Origin: the human T2T-CHM13v2.0 reference genome, Homo sapiens | Assembly (NCBI GenBank): GCA_009914755.4 | Contig: CP086569.2 | Coordinates: 7,776,001-7,840,000, forward strand | Length of the DNA stretch: 64,000 nt | Direction of reading: 5' to 3' | In this document: piece by piece, positions 11,649 through 29,899 of the stretch | Layout: each line of letters begins with the position of its first letter | Position numbering within the stretch: the first letter of the stretch is position 1 | Notes under the pieces: model-generated | The model's input: the letters and a program-made list of their open reading frames with translations, nothing else | Databases searched by the model: none | What the model was told of the DNA's origin: nothing | Program-made: the position numbers and the translations under genes

Positions 11649-11826
11649 TCTTTGAATGGAAAACCAATAAAAGTAAAGCAATTCAACAAATTATCTTTTC
11701 AAAGTGATGGTAGGTGGAGATCATCACCTTCTTGGAGCAACAGCAGCTCTTCAGGAAGTCTAAGATCTGCCAGAGGAGGTAGTAGAGGAACAAGCGGGTT
11801 GCATCCCTCATGTGAAGGACTCTTGG
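11649..11826 (+). pseudogene. Exon 3 ([59 protein letters not shown])
   Basis: Aligns to RBMY [26 protein letters not shown]...[23 protein letters not shown]. Acceptor 'ttttag|tc', donor 'ttgg|gtcatg'. Ends in phase 1. Confidence 0.75.
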
Positions 11827-13130
11827 GTCATGTTTTAAAATATAAGGATGGAACCATAGGACTGAAAGTCATTAAGTTGAAGATATCAAAATTTCTCAAT
11901 TTAATTTACTTCCTTTATGTTCAGGAAATTAACTTACTGATAATTAGCAAAATTATTTGTAAGTACTAAAGATGTATTATAAGAATGATTAAAATAATAT
12001 GAAAATTTCATTTTAAAATCTTAATTACTTTGCATTGAAATAACACACATTTAAAACCAAATTAAGTATTTTAATGTTGATTGTTTGTACTCAACAGGTT
12101 TTCTGTAGAATTCATTTACATTCATTACGCTTTAGAGTTTCTTACTTTTGGGCCTAGAACTTCGTATAAAATGTATTATCAAAATACAATAGAATCTTGA
12201 AAACCTTCCAACAAGAAATAAGTAAGTCATTATTTTAGGATTGGTCCTGCAATATTTATTATTTGTGTATACACATGTAAGTATCTATACAAATATATTC
12301 CTTTACCATTTTGATATGCATAATTTGCACATTGGCCTGCCATAAATCATTTTGCATTTAAGAAATCTATAACTTCAGCTTCTCAAGAGTCTGTGATTCA
12401 GGAAAAGTCTAAAAACCACTGCTTCACAAATATATTAGTATCTTTCTTTGCTGGAGGATGAGTCACTGAAAATGGTATTTATGGATGATTTACTCAATAG
12501 GAATGAGGGGTCAATTTTTACTTAAAAAATCCATGTATTAAAAAAACTGGTTCAATTATATTATCTATTAACCAACCTTCAAAAGTCTAATATTTAATTT
12601 CAGTTTTAATAACCAGATGTATAATTCATTGGATATGCTTTCTCAAGTTAAAATTGCAGTGTTTGCTCCATTTTAAGGTACATAGCTTCATAGTATTTTT
12701 TTTCTCAATTGATCTTGAGAGTGAAGATTAATACTACTCTGCCATGTAATGAAAATATGCATTTCCTTACCTGTGACACCACCAGGGCATTAGAATATAT
12801 CTACATTTTGTAGATATATGAAATTTTTTTTATTATTTAATGTGCAATTCTTAAAGATTAAAATTGAGTATAGGCTAAGCTAAAAATTAATATTTCATAA
12901 TGAATTTGTAAGAACTGTATCATTCTTTTACAGATAATGTATTTTTACATTTTACAGATAATGTATTTTTCTGAGATGTAATTTTTTGATTTTGTAAATA
13001 TTTGAGTTTCTTTGAATGGAATTTGTTGTACCCTTATGATATATTTTAAGCTTTCCTCATACCAGAATTTTATGTATCATTTTTCTCTTAATATATTTTT
13101 TCTTTATCTAGACTGTATTTGTATATTTAA

Positions 13131-13490
<360 letters not shown>

Positions 13491-13688
13491 ATACTCTAGG
13501 TTTTCTAAATGAACTTTTTTTGTTTGTATTGCACTAATGTGGTATAGAAATACTAAATTTTATTAGTTTAAACAAATGGGAATTTGTAAGATTATCATAT
13601 TTAGGAAATATTTATAAACAACTAAAACTTAGCCATTTAAGACACAGCAAGTTACTTAACTGAAAAGATTTTTTTTTAAACACAGAAG

Positions 13689-14163
<475 letters not shown>

Positions 14164-15136
14164 GTAAATGCTACCTGATAGAAGACAGTTGTTTTTGTAT
14201 GACTAAAAATGAGCTATTTTAATTGGCTGCTTAACTTTTACTTTAAGAAACAAAATAGTAGTGACATACACATGGACATACTTACTGATTGAGAGCTTTT
14301 ATTTTATTTTATTTATTTATTTTTTTATTATTATAATTTAAGTTTTAGGGTACATGTGCACATTGTGCAGGTTAGTTACATACGTATACATGTGCCATGC
14401 TGGTGTGCTGCACCCACTAACTCGTCATCTAGCATTAGGTATATCTCCCAGTGCTATCCCTCACCCCTCCCCCCAGCCCACCACAGTCCCCAGAGTGTGA
14501 TGTTCCCCTTCCTGTGTCCATGTGATCTCATTGTTCAATTCCCACCTATGAGTGAGAATATGCGGTATTTGGTTTTTTGTTCTTGTGATAGTTTACTGAG
14601 AATGATGATTTCCAATTTCATCCATGTCACTACAAAGGACATGAACTCATCATTTTTTATGGCTGCATAGTATTCCATGGTGTATATGTGCCACATTTTC
14701 TTAATCCAGTCTATCATTGTTGGACATTTGGGTTGGTTCCAAGTATTTGCTATTGTGAATAATGCCGCAATAAATATACATGTGCATGTGTCTTTATAGC
14801 AGCATGATTTATAGTCCTTTGGGTATATACCCAGTAATGGGATGGCTGGGTCAAATGGTATTTCTAGTTCTAGATCCCTGAGGAATCGCCACATTGACTT
14901 CCACAATGGTTGAACTAGTTTACAGTCCCAGGAACAGTGTAAAAGTGTTCCTATTTCTCCACATCCTCTCCAGCACCTGTTGTTTCCTGACGTTTTAATG
15001 ATTGCCATTCTAACTGGTGTGAGATGGTATCTCATTGTGGTTTTGATTTGCATTTCTCTGATGGCCAGTGATGGTGAGCATTTTTTCAAGTGTTTTTTGG
15101 CTGCCTAAATGTCTTATTTTGAAAAGTGTCTGTTCA

Positions 15137-18361
<3,225 letters not shown>

Positions 18362-18424
18362 TATGATGTTAGCTGGTTATTTTGCTCGTTAGTTGATGCA
18401 GTTTATTCCTAGTCTCGATGGTCA

Positions 18425-19442
18425 TTACATTTTGGCATGATTTTGCAGTGGCTGGTAACGGTTGTTCCTTTCTATGTTTAGTGCTTCCTTCAGGAGCTCT
18501 TTTAGGGCAGGCCTGGTGGTGACAAAATCTCTCAGCATTTGCTTGTCTGTAAAGTATTTTATTTCTCCTTCACTTATGAAGCTTAGTTTGGCTGAATATG
18601 AAATTCTGGGTTGAAAATTGTTTTCTTTAAGAATGTTGAATATTGGCCCCCACTCTCTTCTGGCTTGTAGGGTTTCTGCCGAGAGATCTGCTGTTAGTCT
18701 GATGGGCTTCCCTTTGAGGGTAACCCGACCTTTCTCTCTGGCTGCCCTTAACATTTTTTCCTTCATTTCAACTTTGGTGAATCTGACAATTACGTGTCTT
18801 GGAGTTGCTCTTCTCAAGGAGTATCTTTGTGGTGCTCTCTGTATTTCCTGAATCTGAATGTTGGCCTGCCTTGCTAGATTGGGGAAATTCTCCTGGATAA
18901 TATCCTGCAGAGTGTTTTCCAACTTGGTTCCATTCTCCCCATCACTTTCATGTACACCAATCAGACGTAGATTTGGTCTTTTCCACATAGTCCCATATTT
19001 CTTGGAGGCTTTGCTCGTTTCTTTTTATTCTTTTTTCTCTAAACTTTCCTTCTCGCTTCATTTCATTCATTTCATCTTCCATTCCTGATACCCTTTCTTC
19101 CACTTGATCACCTCGGCTCCTGAGGCTTCTGCATTCTTCACGTAGTTCTCGAGCCTTGGTTTTCAGCTCCATCAGCTCCTTTAAGCACTTCTCTGTATTG
19201 GTTATTCTAGTTATACATTCTTCTAAATTTTTTTCAAAGTTTTCAACTTCTTTGCCTTTGGTTTGAATGTCTTCCTGTAGCTCAGAGTAATTTGATCGTC
19301 TGAAGCCTTCTTCTCTCAGCTTGTCAAAGTCATTCTCCATCCAGCTTTGTTCCATTGCTGGTGAGGAGCTGCATTCCTTTGGAGGAGGAGAGGCGCTCTG
19401 ATTTTTAGAGTTTCCAGTTTTTCTATTCTGTTTTTTCCCCAT
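18425..19442 (-). pseudogene. L1 ORF1, split by a frameshift near 18950-18990
   Basis: 18948..19442 gives MGKKQNRKTGNSKNQSASPPPKE...EIWDYV, then a frame change. 18425..18988 gives KRPNLRLIGV...RRATPRHVIVRFTKVEMKEKMLRAAREKGRVTLKGKPIRLTADLS...NHAKM. I estimate >90% aa identity to L1HS ORF1p from memory. Confidence 0.9.
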
Positions 19443-20616
19443 CTTTGTGGTTTTATCTACTTTTGGTCTTTGATGATGGTGATGTACAGATGGGTTTTTG
19501 GTGTGGATGTCCTTTCTGTTTGTTAGTTTTCCTTCTAACAGACAGGACCCTCAGCTGCAGGTCTGTTGGAGTACCCTGCAGTGTGAGGTGTCAGTGTGCC
19601 CCTGCTGGAGGGTGCCTCCCAGTTAGGCTGCTCGGGGGTCAGGGGTCAGGGACCCACTTGAGGAGGCAGTCTGCCTCTTCTCAGATCTCCAGCTGGGTAC
19701 TGGGAGAACCACTGCTCTCTTCAAAGCTGTCAGACAGGGACATTTAAGTCTGCAGAGGTTACTGCTGTCTTTTTGTTTGTCTGTGCCCTGCCCCCAGAGG
19801 TGGAGCCTACAGATGCAGGCAGGCCTCCTTGAGCTGTGGTGGGCTCCACCCAGTTCGAGCTTCCTGGCTGCTTTGTTTACCTAAGCAAGCCTGGGCAATG
19901 GTGGGTGCCCCTCCCCCAGCCTCGCTGCTGCCTTGCAGTTTGATTTCAGACTGCTGTGCTAGTAATCAGCGAGACTCCGTGGGGTAGGACCCTCCGAGCC
20001 AGATGCGGGATATAATCTGGTGGTGCGCCGTTTTTTAAGCCCGTCGGAAAAGCACAGTATTCCGGTGGGAGTGACCCGATTCTCCAGGTACCGTCCGTCA
20101 CCCCTTTCTTTGATTAGGAAAGGGAACTCCCTGACCCCTTGTGCTTCCTGAGTGAGGCAATGCCTCACCCTGCTTCGGCTCGCGCTCGGTGCACACACCC
20201 ACTGACCTGCGCCCACTGTCTGGCACTCCCTAGCGAGATGAACCCGGTACCTCAGATGGAAATGCAGAAATCACCCGTCTTCTGCGTCGCTCATGCTGGG
20301 AGCTGTAGACTGGAGCTCTTCCTATTCGGCCATCTTCGATTGATAGCTTTTATTGTAGTTTATGTCTCACTAGGTTAATTTCAGATTCATGATGAGGAAA
20401 TACTTGAGCTCCTAATTGTAGATCAAAGAAGTTATTACACTGAGGCAAACATTAGTTTTCATCCTGTATTTGCTAGAGAATTCCTCTTTATTTTTCTTGA
20501 AGTTCCTGGTAGTTTTCTTTGATGTTAGTCTTCTTAGTCTAATGAATTATTCCATTACCTAGGTCCCTTGGTACTTGTCCCCCAGTGTGCCAATCTAAAA
20601 ATTGTTTGTTCAGTTT

Positions 20617-20914
20617 CTTTGTTGGGTTGGAGTCTTGTTCTCAGCAGGTCAGAGTGTGTTGGTGAGATGATAGCTCACTATGACCTCAAATTCCTGGTCT
20701 CAAGCAATTCTCGTGTTTCACCCTCCTGCATTGCTGTGCCTACAAGTGTGCACCACCACACATAGCTAAATTTGTTTTTCTTTTTTCTATATTTTTGTAG
20801 AGATAGGATCTCATTGCATTGTCATAGCTGATGTGAAACCTCTGGGCTCAAGCTGTCCAGCTGCCTCAGCCTTCCACGCCGGTTCACAGTGTGAGCCATT
20901 GCACCTGTCCATCC
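20617..20914 (-). mobile_element. Old Alu (AluJ-like) in intron 4
   Basis: Reverse-complement Alu: 'gggttggagtcttgttctcagcaggtcagagtg...gatagctcactatgacctcaaattcctggtctcaagcaattc...gagccattgcacctgtccatcc'. Confidence 0.8.
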
Positions 20915-22224
20915 AGGTTCTGAGACCTGAATGATACTTATGCGCATGGCATTCTTACTGGGTATGTGAAGATACTAAGAACTAAAAGAGCATTTTGTAG
21001 ATAAGCAATCACTGGGCTTAAATAAAATTTAATAATAATATTAATGCTTGAAAGGTACACTTGAAGGAGTCCAGCATTTTTAAGTTAAGAGCATGCCAAA
21101 AAAGTGCAGAGTTGTGAAATATATGGGGGTGTAAATTACTTATTAAGATTGTGCAGGGATGTTGAAACCTTAACACAAGATCCTTAGTGTAGGATTTGAA
21201 ATTATCTGAGGAGAGAATTTAGTTCTAAGCAGCATGAGGTGTGGACAGTAGGATCGAATAGAAGTAATGTTTTTGAGAAGGGTAAGTGTAAGATTTCAGA
21301 CTGAAGAGAAGAAAGCAAGACAATAAAGTAACAGTTCTTAGCAAAGAAATTCAAGCAGAACAAATTAAAATTCTTACCTAGCCCTCCATCATAACATGGA
21401 GGAAATTCAAAACTGCCATTTTCAATTTTACATTTCACATGTAGAGTATTTGTGAAGTTACGTATTGATTGATTTCAGAATACATATGCCAGCACATTTC
21501 CATTAGAAATCTAGCCAGTGAACACATGACAGGTGAAAGACTGACCTCTCCGAATTAGCATGTGAAGAGTATGTTAAAGGAGGAAGTTTTCTATTTTTGA
21601 AAGAGGTACAATGTTGTAATGACCCTTTTAAAAGTATTGCTAACTATAGTAAAAGTAAATATTGGCCATCACTAGGAGAGCTGCACTAGTAAACTTCAAT
21701 TTGTCAACATTTACAATAGAGCCAATTACTTAGAGATAAAGGAGCACTTTTATGTAAAAATTTAGCATACAGTCGTTCAAAGGTAGCAATATTTGTGTGT
21801 GTGTGGTGGATTGAACAACATGGGAAAATTTACCTTCTTCAGCTGAGAAGGGACAACGTATGTAAACTTTATATTCCTAAAGAGTTTGATGGTTTTACAT
21901 GTTTTCCCTGTGTCATTAGTAGTCATCAGTAATTCATACATATGAAAAGAAAAATAATAGCCAACTAGTTTTTAACAATTAAAAACGAACTTTTACCTAA
22001 GAATTAATGTTTGGCTTCAGCTTCATTAGAAGAACTGGTCTTGTGGAGCCATGGTAATATCCAAAGCCATAAGAAATATTTAAGTGTCATGAATGTCTAG
22101 TAATTTAGGGAAAGAAGAATAGAGTCATACAAGAAATAATTTTAAAAAGTTGTTTTACAGAAGAAAAAACAGTGTTTCAGATTTTGTGTCCTTTACATAA
22201 TATTTAATCATTTTAACATTAAAT

Positions 22225-22339
22225 ATCCCATGTCACTTGGATGAGAGAATTATGGAGGTCCTCCACACAGAGAGCCAGTCTCTTCCTGGAGAATTGACCT
22301 TGTGTCACCAAGAGATGAGGGTTATGCAACTAAGGATAG
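22225..22339 (+). pseudogene. Exon 5 ([38 protein letters not shown]) with an in-frame TGA at 22242-22244 and no canonical AG acceptor
   Basis: Aligns to RBMY [39 protein letters not shown]. Donor 'gatag|gtaaag'. Ends in phase 2, continuing correctly into exon 6. Confidence 0.65.
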
Positions 22340-22409
22340 GTAAAGGAAAAATGGAAAAATAGTTGACTTTTGTTGTGGTGATGAAATTCACATAACAAAA
22401 TTAAACATT

Positions 22410-23140
22410 TAAAGATAAATACTTAAGTGGCATTTAATACATTCTGTGTGGTGCAACAACTACGTCCATCTAGTTCTAAAACATTTTCATCACTCCAAAC
22501 TACAGCTCCACTACCAGTTAAGCAGTTCCTTTCATTTTCTCCCTTCTGTCAGCCACTAGCAAACAACAATCTGTTTTCTGTCTCTGAACTTACCTGTTCT
22601 GGACATTTCATGTTAATGGGCCCAAACATTACATGACTTTTTGTAACTGTCAGCTTTCATTTGCATGATGCCATGAAGGTTCATTTACATTGTAGCACTT
22701 CTCTCCTTACACAAGCTGTTAGCCCATTATTTTGTTTGGGTTGTTTCCACCACAGTATTTCTATATGCACATATTTGTTTGGGTACACTTATTCAATTCT
22801 TGATATATATGAGTGGAATTTCTTGGTCTTACGATAATTGTGTTTATTTTCTTGAGTAAGCACCACATTTCTCCATAGTAGCTGCATCATTTTCCATCCC
22901 AACTAGCATTGTATCAGGGATCCAAATTATCTACATCCTCTCAAACACTTGCTACTTCCTGCTTTTTAAAATCTATTTCCATTCCAGTATGTGTGAAGTA
23001 TGGTATCTCATTTTGGTTTTGAAATGCATTTTCTGAATAACTATTATGATTATTTGTTCCATGTGCTTTTTGAGCATTTACATATTTTATTTGGATAAAT
23101 ATCTATTCAAGCGTTTAACCCTTTATTTTGTTTAAGTTGT
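22410..23140 (-). mobile_element. Ancient L1 (L1M-type) fragment from the ORF2 C-terminal / 3' region, in intron 5
   Basis: 'gtatggtatctcattttggttttgaaatgcattttctgaataactattatgattatttgttccatgtgctttttgagcatttacatattttatttggataaatatctattcaag' parallels the antisense of L1 ORF2 C-terminal sequence. Compare 15000-15130 in the full-length L1. Confidence 0.5.
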
Positions 23141-23208
23141 AATTTAGTTACGTTTTGAATACTAGAAGTTGATAATTTAAAATGTGTTGCTTTAACTTAT
23201 GCAAGCAG

Positions 23209-23319
23209 AATTCATACAAGTTTCCGAGACACCAGGGATGATGCTCCACTGTGTAGAGATTATGGATACCATGATTCTGGTGGTTCTAGTAGGGATGAAC
23301 AGTCCTCTAGAGGAAATAG
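23209..23319 (+). pseudogene. Exon 6 (single SRGY-type box: IHTSFRDTRDDAPLCRDYGYHDSGGSSRDEQSSRGNR)
   Basis: Aligns to RBMY RETRDYAPP.RDYAYRDYGHS..DEHSSRGY. Acceptor 'gcaagcag|aa', donor 'atag|gtacta'. Confidence 0.7.
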
Positions 23320-23398
23320 GTACTATAATATTTTCTGGTTTTGTCAAAGAGATTTCTTAAGTTGCTCCTGCTGATATTAGCAAACTTTTTTAAATTTA

Positions 23399-23487
23399 GT
23401 GACTGTGATGGCTACAGAGTGGGCCATGGTAGAGATCATTCCGAAAGTCCAAGTGGAAGTTCTTACAGAGATGCATATCAGAGTTAT
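23399..23487 (+). pseudogene. Exon 7 ([31 protein letters not shown])
   Basis: Aligns to RBMY [21 protein letters not shown]. Acceptor 'aatttag|tg', donor 'tatg|gtaagt'. Confidence 0.75.
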
Positions 23488-23902
23488 GGTAAGTGTCCAG
23501 GTTTGATTTGTAAATTATAGTATTATATTTAATAGACCAGATCATTGCTTTAATAAAATTTTAAGGAAAATCTTAAAGGAAAAATATAACATGTTTAAAC
23601 ACTGAGAATTGCTAACAGTATAATGCATAGTGAATATGTAGGTGAGAACTTCAGTTCATTTTCAGAAAATGTGACTTAATTTTTATTTTAAAATAAACTT
23701 TCTTATGCTTCAAAATACAATTCTTATACTTCTTTTAAATAAAATCTTTTGACTATTTCGGGCATAATTAATATGCTGTCAACGGAGACAGAGGAAAGCA
23801 GACTTTTCCAAATAGTACTTTAACTGAGACACGCATTAGTGCTACCAATAGAAATGTTTAAATTTAGTTCACTGTAAGTTCCATATTTTATCAACCTTGC
23901 AG

Positions 23903-24192
23903 GGACCTCTCATGGTGCACCACCTGCACGAGAGCCTTGGATGAGTTATGGTGGAAATAGTTGCTCTGATTATAACAGTACATGAGATAGATATGGCAGA
24001 AGTCAGGAGAGTTACTCACGGAGCTGTGGTAATTTATATTCCTGTTTTCATGAGCACAATGGCAGGAAGGAATGAAGGAATCTACCTTTTCTGGATAGGG
24101 TGCACCCTTCTCCTCGTGAAGGATGTGGTAGCTCAAGTTATGGGGCACTTACAGGAAGTGGTGGGGCAAGCCAAGGTGAAAAAGGAGACTGA
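23903..24192 (+). pseudogene. Exon 8, the terminal exon ([94 protein letters not shown]). Two premature TGAs at 23983-85 and 24073-75, stop at 24190-92.
   Basis: Aligns across its length to the RBMY C-terminus [94 protein letters not shown]. Acceptor 'ccttgcag|gg'. Confidence 0.8.
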
Positions 24193-24232
24193 AGCAGATA
24201 TTAAAGGAGATATTAAAAATAATAGTTACCTT

Positions 24233-24362
24233 GGTACTCAGGAGGCTAAGGCAGGAGAATTGCTTGAACCCAGGAGACAGAGGTTGCAGTGAGCTAAGAT
24301 CTCGTCACTGCACTCCAGCCTGGGCAACAAAGCGAAACTGTCACACAAAATAAAAAGAGAAA
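24233..24362 (+). mobile_element. 5'-truncated Alu (right arm only), just 3' of the pseudogene
   Basis: 'tactcaggaggctaaggcaggagaattgcttgaacccaggagacagaggttgcagtgagctaagatctcgtcactgcactccagcctgggcaacaaagcgaaactgtc'. Confidence 0.85.
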
Positions 24363-25269
24363 AAGAAAAGAAAATAGTAATTGCATTCCAAAACTTGCTT
24401 GCAAATCAAAAATTAAAATGTTATTTCTACATCATTACATGAGTACCACTAAAAAAAATATGTTGATTTTGGGGGAGAGGTAGATCCTAACTTCCTCCAT
24501 GAATTTTTTGAAAGGTATTAAGATGAAAAGGAATTTTTTCATAGTAATTTCATAATTGTTAATCCTATTTGAAAACTATCTGTTTTGATGATATGGCTGT
24601 ATTAAAATTTTCAGAATAAAATTATACATGTAATGCATAATGCCTGATTTTATTGCCACACATGCTTAAAAGCAAATTTAATAGGAGATTAAATTGTGAT
24701 GTTTGTCAAAAATTTTCTTTTGTAGCTTTGAATATAAATAGATACAGAAATCGGCACAGATTACATCTCCCTTGCAAGCTGCACACATTTTCTAATTAGG
24801 CTGTGTTTCTCTTTAAAACTCTTTAAAAACTTACGAGCTTTAAAAGTTTGAGAGTCTTCAGAAAGACTGCAAAACTGTCTGCCTCACCATAAAATGTTTA
24901 TCATTCAAAGGAATCATGTAGGTCAAAGGAAATAATTAGATATCGTTGATACTAAAGTTTAAGACATCCAGAACATTCTTTTTGAAGCATTTTGTGACTG
25001 AAAGGGGTAATGGGGATGTAAATATTTTTTCCACCTAAATAAATACTGAACCAGCTATGTTTCATAAGTACATAGCTTAATGAAATTAGGTGTTCCTACT
25101 TTAAATAGTGGAAAATAAGTTCTTTTACATGGGAGGTACTCATGTTATTTCCTATAATATTTGACAATGGTTTTTGTTAAGAAATGGTTTAGCAATAACT
25201 TCTTACAAATAGAGATTATCTAGAAGGCTTGGGATTTTATCAGTTTTTTTTATTTTTATTTTATTACTT

Positions 25270-25545
25270 ATTTATTTATTTATTTTTAAGACAGAGTCTA
25301 GGTTTGTCACCCAAGCTGGGGTGCATTAGCTGAATCTTGGCTCACTGTAACCACTACCTTCTGGGTTCAAGCTATTCTCCTGCCTCTGCATCCTGAGTAA
25401 CTGGGTTTACAGGTGTGTGCCACCACATTTGGCTAATATTTTTGTATTTCTACTACAGACAGCATTTCACCATGCTGGCCAGAGTGCTCTTAAAATCCTG
25501 ATTCACCCTCCTCGGCCTCCCAAAGTGCTAGGATTACAAGCCTGG
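25270..25545 (-). mobile_element. Alu
   Basis: Reverse-complement Alu: 'tttttaagacagagtctaggtttgtcacccaagctggggtgcattagc...cctcggcctcccaaagtgctaggattacaag'. Confidence 0.85.
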
Positions 25546-26063
25546 GTCCCCAGGCTCAGACTACCAGATTTAAGTGAATATATGAATAGGAATGCTTTAA
25601 ATCTCATGGTTTTTGGAAAGTGAAGTGTATAAATGTAAAACAACATCATAAAGTTTCAGATAGGTGGTTGTTTAAAGGTTTAAGATATCATCTAATGATA
25701 AAAATGAAAAGGTTTGGACCCCAATAAGTAAACCAATTAATTTGCCTGATCATGTAACCTAAAAAAATGAAATATATGAAGATCCAGAGTTTTACAGTCC
25801 ATAATTCTTAAAATTAATAGAATAATCTGTAAAGGTGATGTATTTTTATGAGAAAATTTTGACAAGATCAAAATTTTTTATAGGGTAAGGTTGCAAATAA
25901 TTTTAAAGGGAGAAGTTACCAACTTCGATTTTCAAGTGAGTTATTTATGTTACGAAGTTGTGTTTTCATTCACCTATAATGTAGGATTGTGAGGATTAAG
26001 TGAAAGGATACAACTCACTAGTTATGTGTATCTTCACAGTAGCAACACAAGAAACAGTTTCTG

Positions 26064-26372
26064 TCCAGGCGTGATAGCTCAGTTTTTATATCCCAGCATT
26101 TTGTGTGGCTGAGGTGGGCATATCACCCCAACTCAGGAGTTTGATACCAGCCTGGGAAACATGGAGAAATCTTGTCTGTATAGACAAAACATTACTGGAT
26201 GTGGTAGTGCATCAACGTAATCCCCAATCCTTGGGGGCTGAGGCGGGAGGATTGCTTGAGCCCATGATGTCCAGGCTGCAGTGAGCCTGTTTTCTCCACT
26301 GCATTTCAGCCTGCATGACAAAGTGATACCCTGCCAAAAACAAAAACAAAAACAAAACAAAAAAAAGAAAAA
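26064..26372 (+). mobile_element. Alu
   Basis: 'ccaggcgtgatagctcag...ccagcctgggaaacatggagaaa...gaggcgggaggattgcttgagccc...' ending in an A-rich tail '(caaaaa)n'. Confidence 0.85.
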
Positions 26373-26698
26373 ATGTGTCTATGATACTCTGTCCCTAAGC
26401 TTTTTTAACCCCAATTATCTCCATGAGGCATTCTGTCATAACGTTTAAAAGGTATGGGAAACAGGAGAGTAACCTATAAGATACAGTTTATCAACCTTGG
26501 AATAGGGATTCTGTTCAGCAAGTTAGAGTAAATGCCGAAAGACCTTTAAATAAAAAGAGCTAAAGCCTTATTGTGTCATTTTTCATAGGAATATAATGCT
26601 TTTGAATGAATAATAGGATTTTTAAATCATCTTTGTCCACACGCATTGCTATGAGAAAATAACTGGACTTGGTGGTTTTTAACAAACATTTCTTGTAA

Positions 26699-27108
<410 letters not shown>

Positions 27109-27769
27109 ACTTCCTGGATTTTAAACACCCATCTTGCTGAGTCTACACATGGTAGAAGTGGCTTGGTAACTCTATAGTCTTTTAGGAGGGTGCTAATAAC
27201 ATTTATGAGGGTGCTGTCTTCCTGACCTGATTACTTCCCATCAAAGGCCAAACCCTTCCAGAGGGCAGCCAATTGACACTTCCACATGTTGAGCTTAAGG
27301 ATGGTGATGTGAGGATGGCAGTGATGATTTAATGAATTCTTTGGTTTGCAGTTTTTAATGCCTCCGGTGTTGGCATCAAATTTTAAGGGCATGAAGATAA
27401 TTTTTTAAATTGTTCAAATGTAGTCATCCACCTTCAGCTTACAAGGCTTGGGGACAACTGGGCAGTTTTAGTTTTCAGTGATGCTAAATCATGAAAGGGG
27501 ACACAGAGTTGAAATTTTAGTTTAGAGAGTTGTAGCTATATATTGGATAAAATCAGAATTGAAATTGTAGACTAATAAAATATGTAAGACAACTCACATG
27601 GGTGGTTTTAGTATTCCATTGAAACAAAATTCTTTCTGAAGTTACTTCTCTTGACTCTTGTTCACAAAATAAGTCTAGTCTGACTAGATTTATCATCATT
27701 TTTTACCTAAGTGCAGTAAGATCTGTCAGTGACCACAAAATTATACATATAACTTTTTAAATTAGAGAC

Positions 27770-28028
27770 AGTGTCCAGTTCACTGCAGTCTCAACCTTAT
27801 GGGCTCAAGTGATCCTCCCACCTCAGCCTCCTAAGTAGCTGAGACCATAGACACAAGCCATCATGCTTGGCTGATTTTGTACGTTGTTTGTTTGTCTGTT
27901 TGTTTGATTTTGGAGATGGGGTTTTACCATGTTGCCTAGGCTAGTCTTGAACTTCTGGGCTCAAGTGATTCTCCCACCTCTGCCTCTGAATGTTCAGGGA
28001 TTACAGGTGTGAGCCACCATGCATGGCC
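27770..28028 (-). mobile_element. Old Alu (AluJ-like)
   Basis: 'gagacagtgtccagttcactgcagtctcaacc...ctcagcctcctaagtagctgagacc...ggattacaggtgtgagccaccatgcatggcc'. Confidence 0.85.
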
Positions 28029-28378
28029 ACAGAGGCCTTTCCAGTTTACTGTGTGAGAACTTTATATTATTAGTTTCAGATTATACTTTTTAAAGCCTCG
28101 AGACTAGAACCAAGCCAGGAACTTGCCACCAGGCTTCCCTTTCAGAACCTATACAGTTAGTTGAATTCCTTTCCTCTCAAAGTCCCCAAATATTGTGAGG
28201 TTCCAGAGCTTGCCCAGAAGTGACCTGTCTCTCACCTCTCTTAGGCTAGGAAGTCTAACCAATTACCAGGCTGGTTTTTCAAGAGTGCTGTATAAGTATT
28301 TTCTCCACAGTCAACTTTAGTTCTTAAAGCTGCTTGGTTATCCCTGATTTTATGCAAAACATTCTTAAATGTATTTGA

Positions 28379-28725
<347 letters not shown>

Positions 28726-28877
28726 TTAGGTTCTGTTGAAAGGAGAACACATTCTTACTGAACTTTATAAATGCCTCAATTGCCATATAAATTTTTATAG
28801 AATCTTAAATGTCCATTGAACCTAACACAGCTTAACTAGTAAATTAGTAAATCCAAGAAGGATACAAATGACAAACG

Positions 28878-29198
<321 letters not shown>

Positions 29199-29899
29199 AA
29201 ATGCCTGGCCAACAAATGTCTTTTTATACTTAATAATAACAGCAATTTGTAATATGTAGCTGTTTGTGTTAAACAATTTTAAAGTAATCCTAGTTACCAA
29301 ATATTTGCATGAGTCGCAAACTTGAATACATATTTCTAGGATTATTAAGAGTATGTCATTCACAATAGTATTCATTTATCTCTAAGCCAGTTTGAATAGC
29401 ACCCCTTTAAATGATATTAAAAATTAACTTGGTAATAATATCCAGAGGTAGAAATATATCACACACACACAGCATATATGCATAAAAATAGATAGACGCC
29501 AACAGATTTTATAGCTCTCCTAAAACTTAGTCATGAATCAGACAATAGAGTAATATAAAACTCGCTTGTTTATATCCATTTTATATTTTGTCTAAATTGT
29601 TCTTCTGGGAAATGAGACAAGGTTGCCTATTCAATAGGAGGACTAATACCTTTTGTCTGTATTGTTGAAGAAGACTTTTATGATATTATTTTGCCCCAAT
29701 ATTTACTCTATGGAGCCAGAGGGCTACATTTTAGGCATAGAATACATATAGTTGCAGTCTGGATGTCTCCAAAGGCTGGGTAGATAAAATACTCAATCCC
29801 TTCTAATTAGCATTTTTCATTTCAACTTCAGGCCAGTAATTTTTTGGAGGGTGGAGAAGATACTTGAGTCTCTCAAGAGCTTCTGATTTAGTGGGCCTA

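Noticed and set aside
14356-14670. 104-aa ORF on the + strand, with a near-identical one at 55289..55603
   Set aside because: Both are the antisense strand of the L1 3'UTR / ORF2 end, and the same ORF appears in every L1 copy. This is an artefact of the repeat, not a gene.
24029-24030. Apparent GT splice donor ('tgtg|gtaattta') suggesting an additional intron in the last coding region
   Set aside because: Reading straight through keeps the frame and continues to match the RBMY C-terminus ([12 protein letters not shown]... against [12 protein letters not shown]...). It is therefore one terminal exon, not two.
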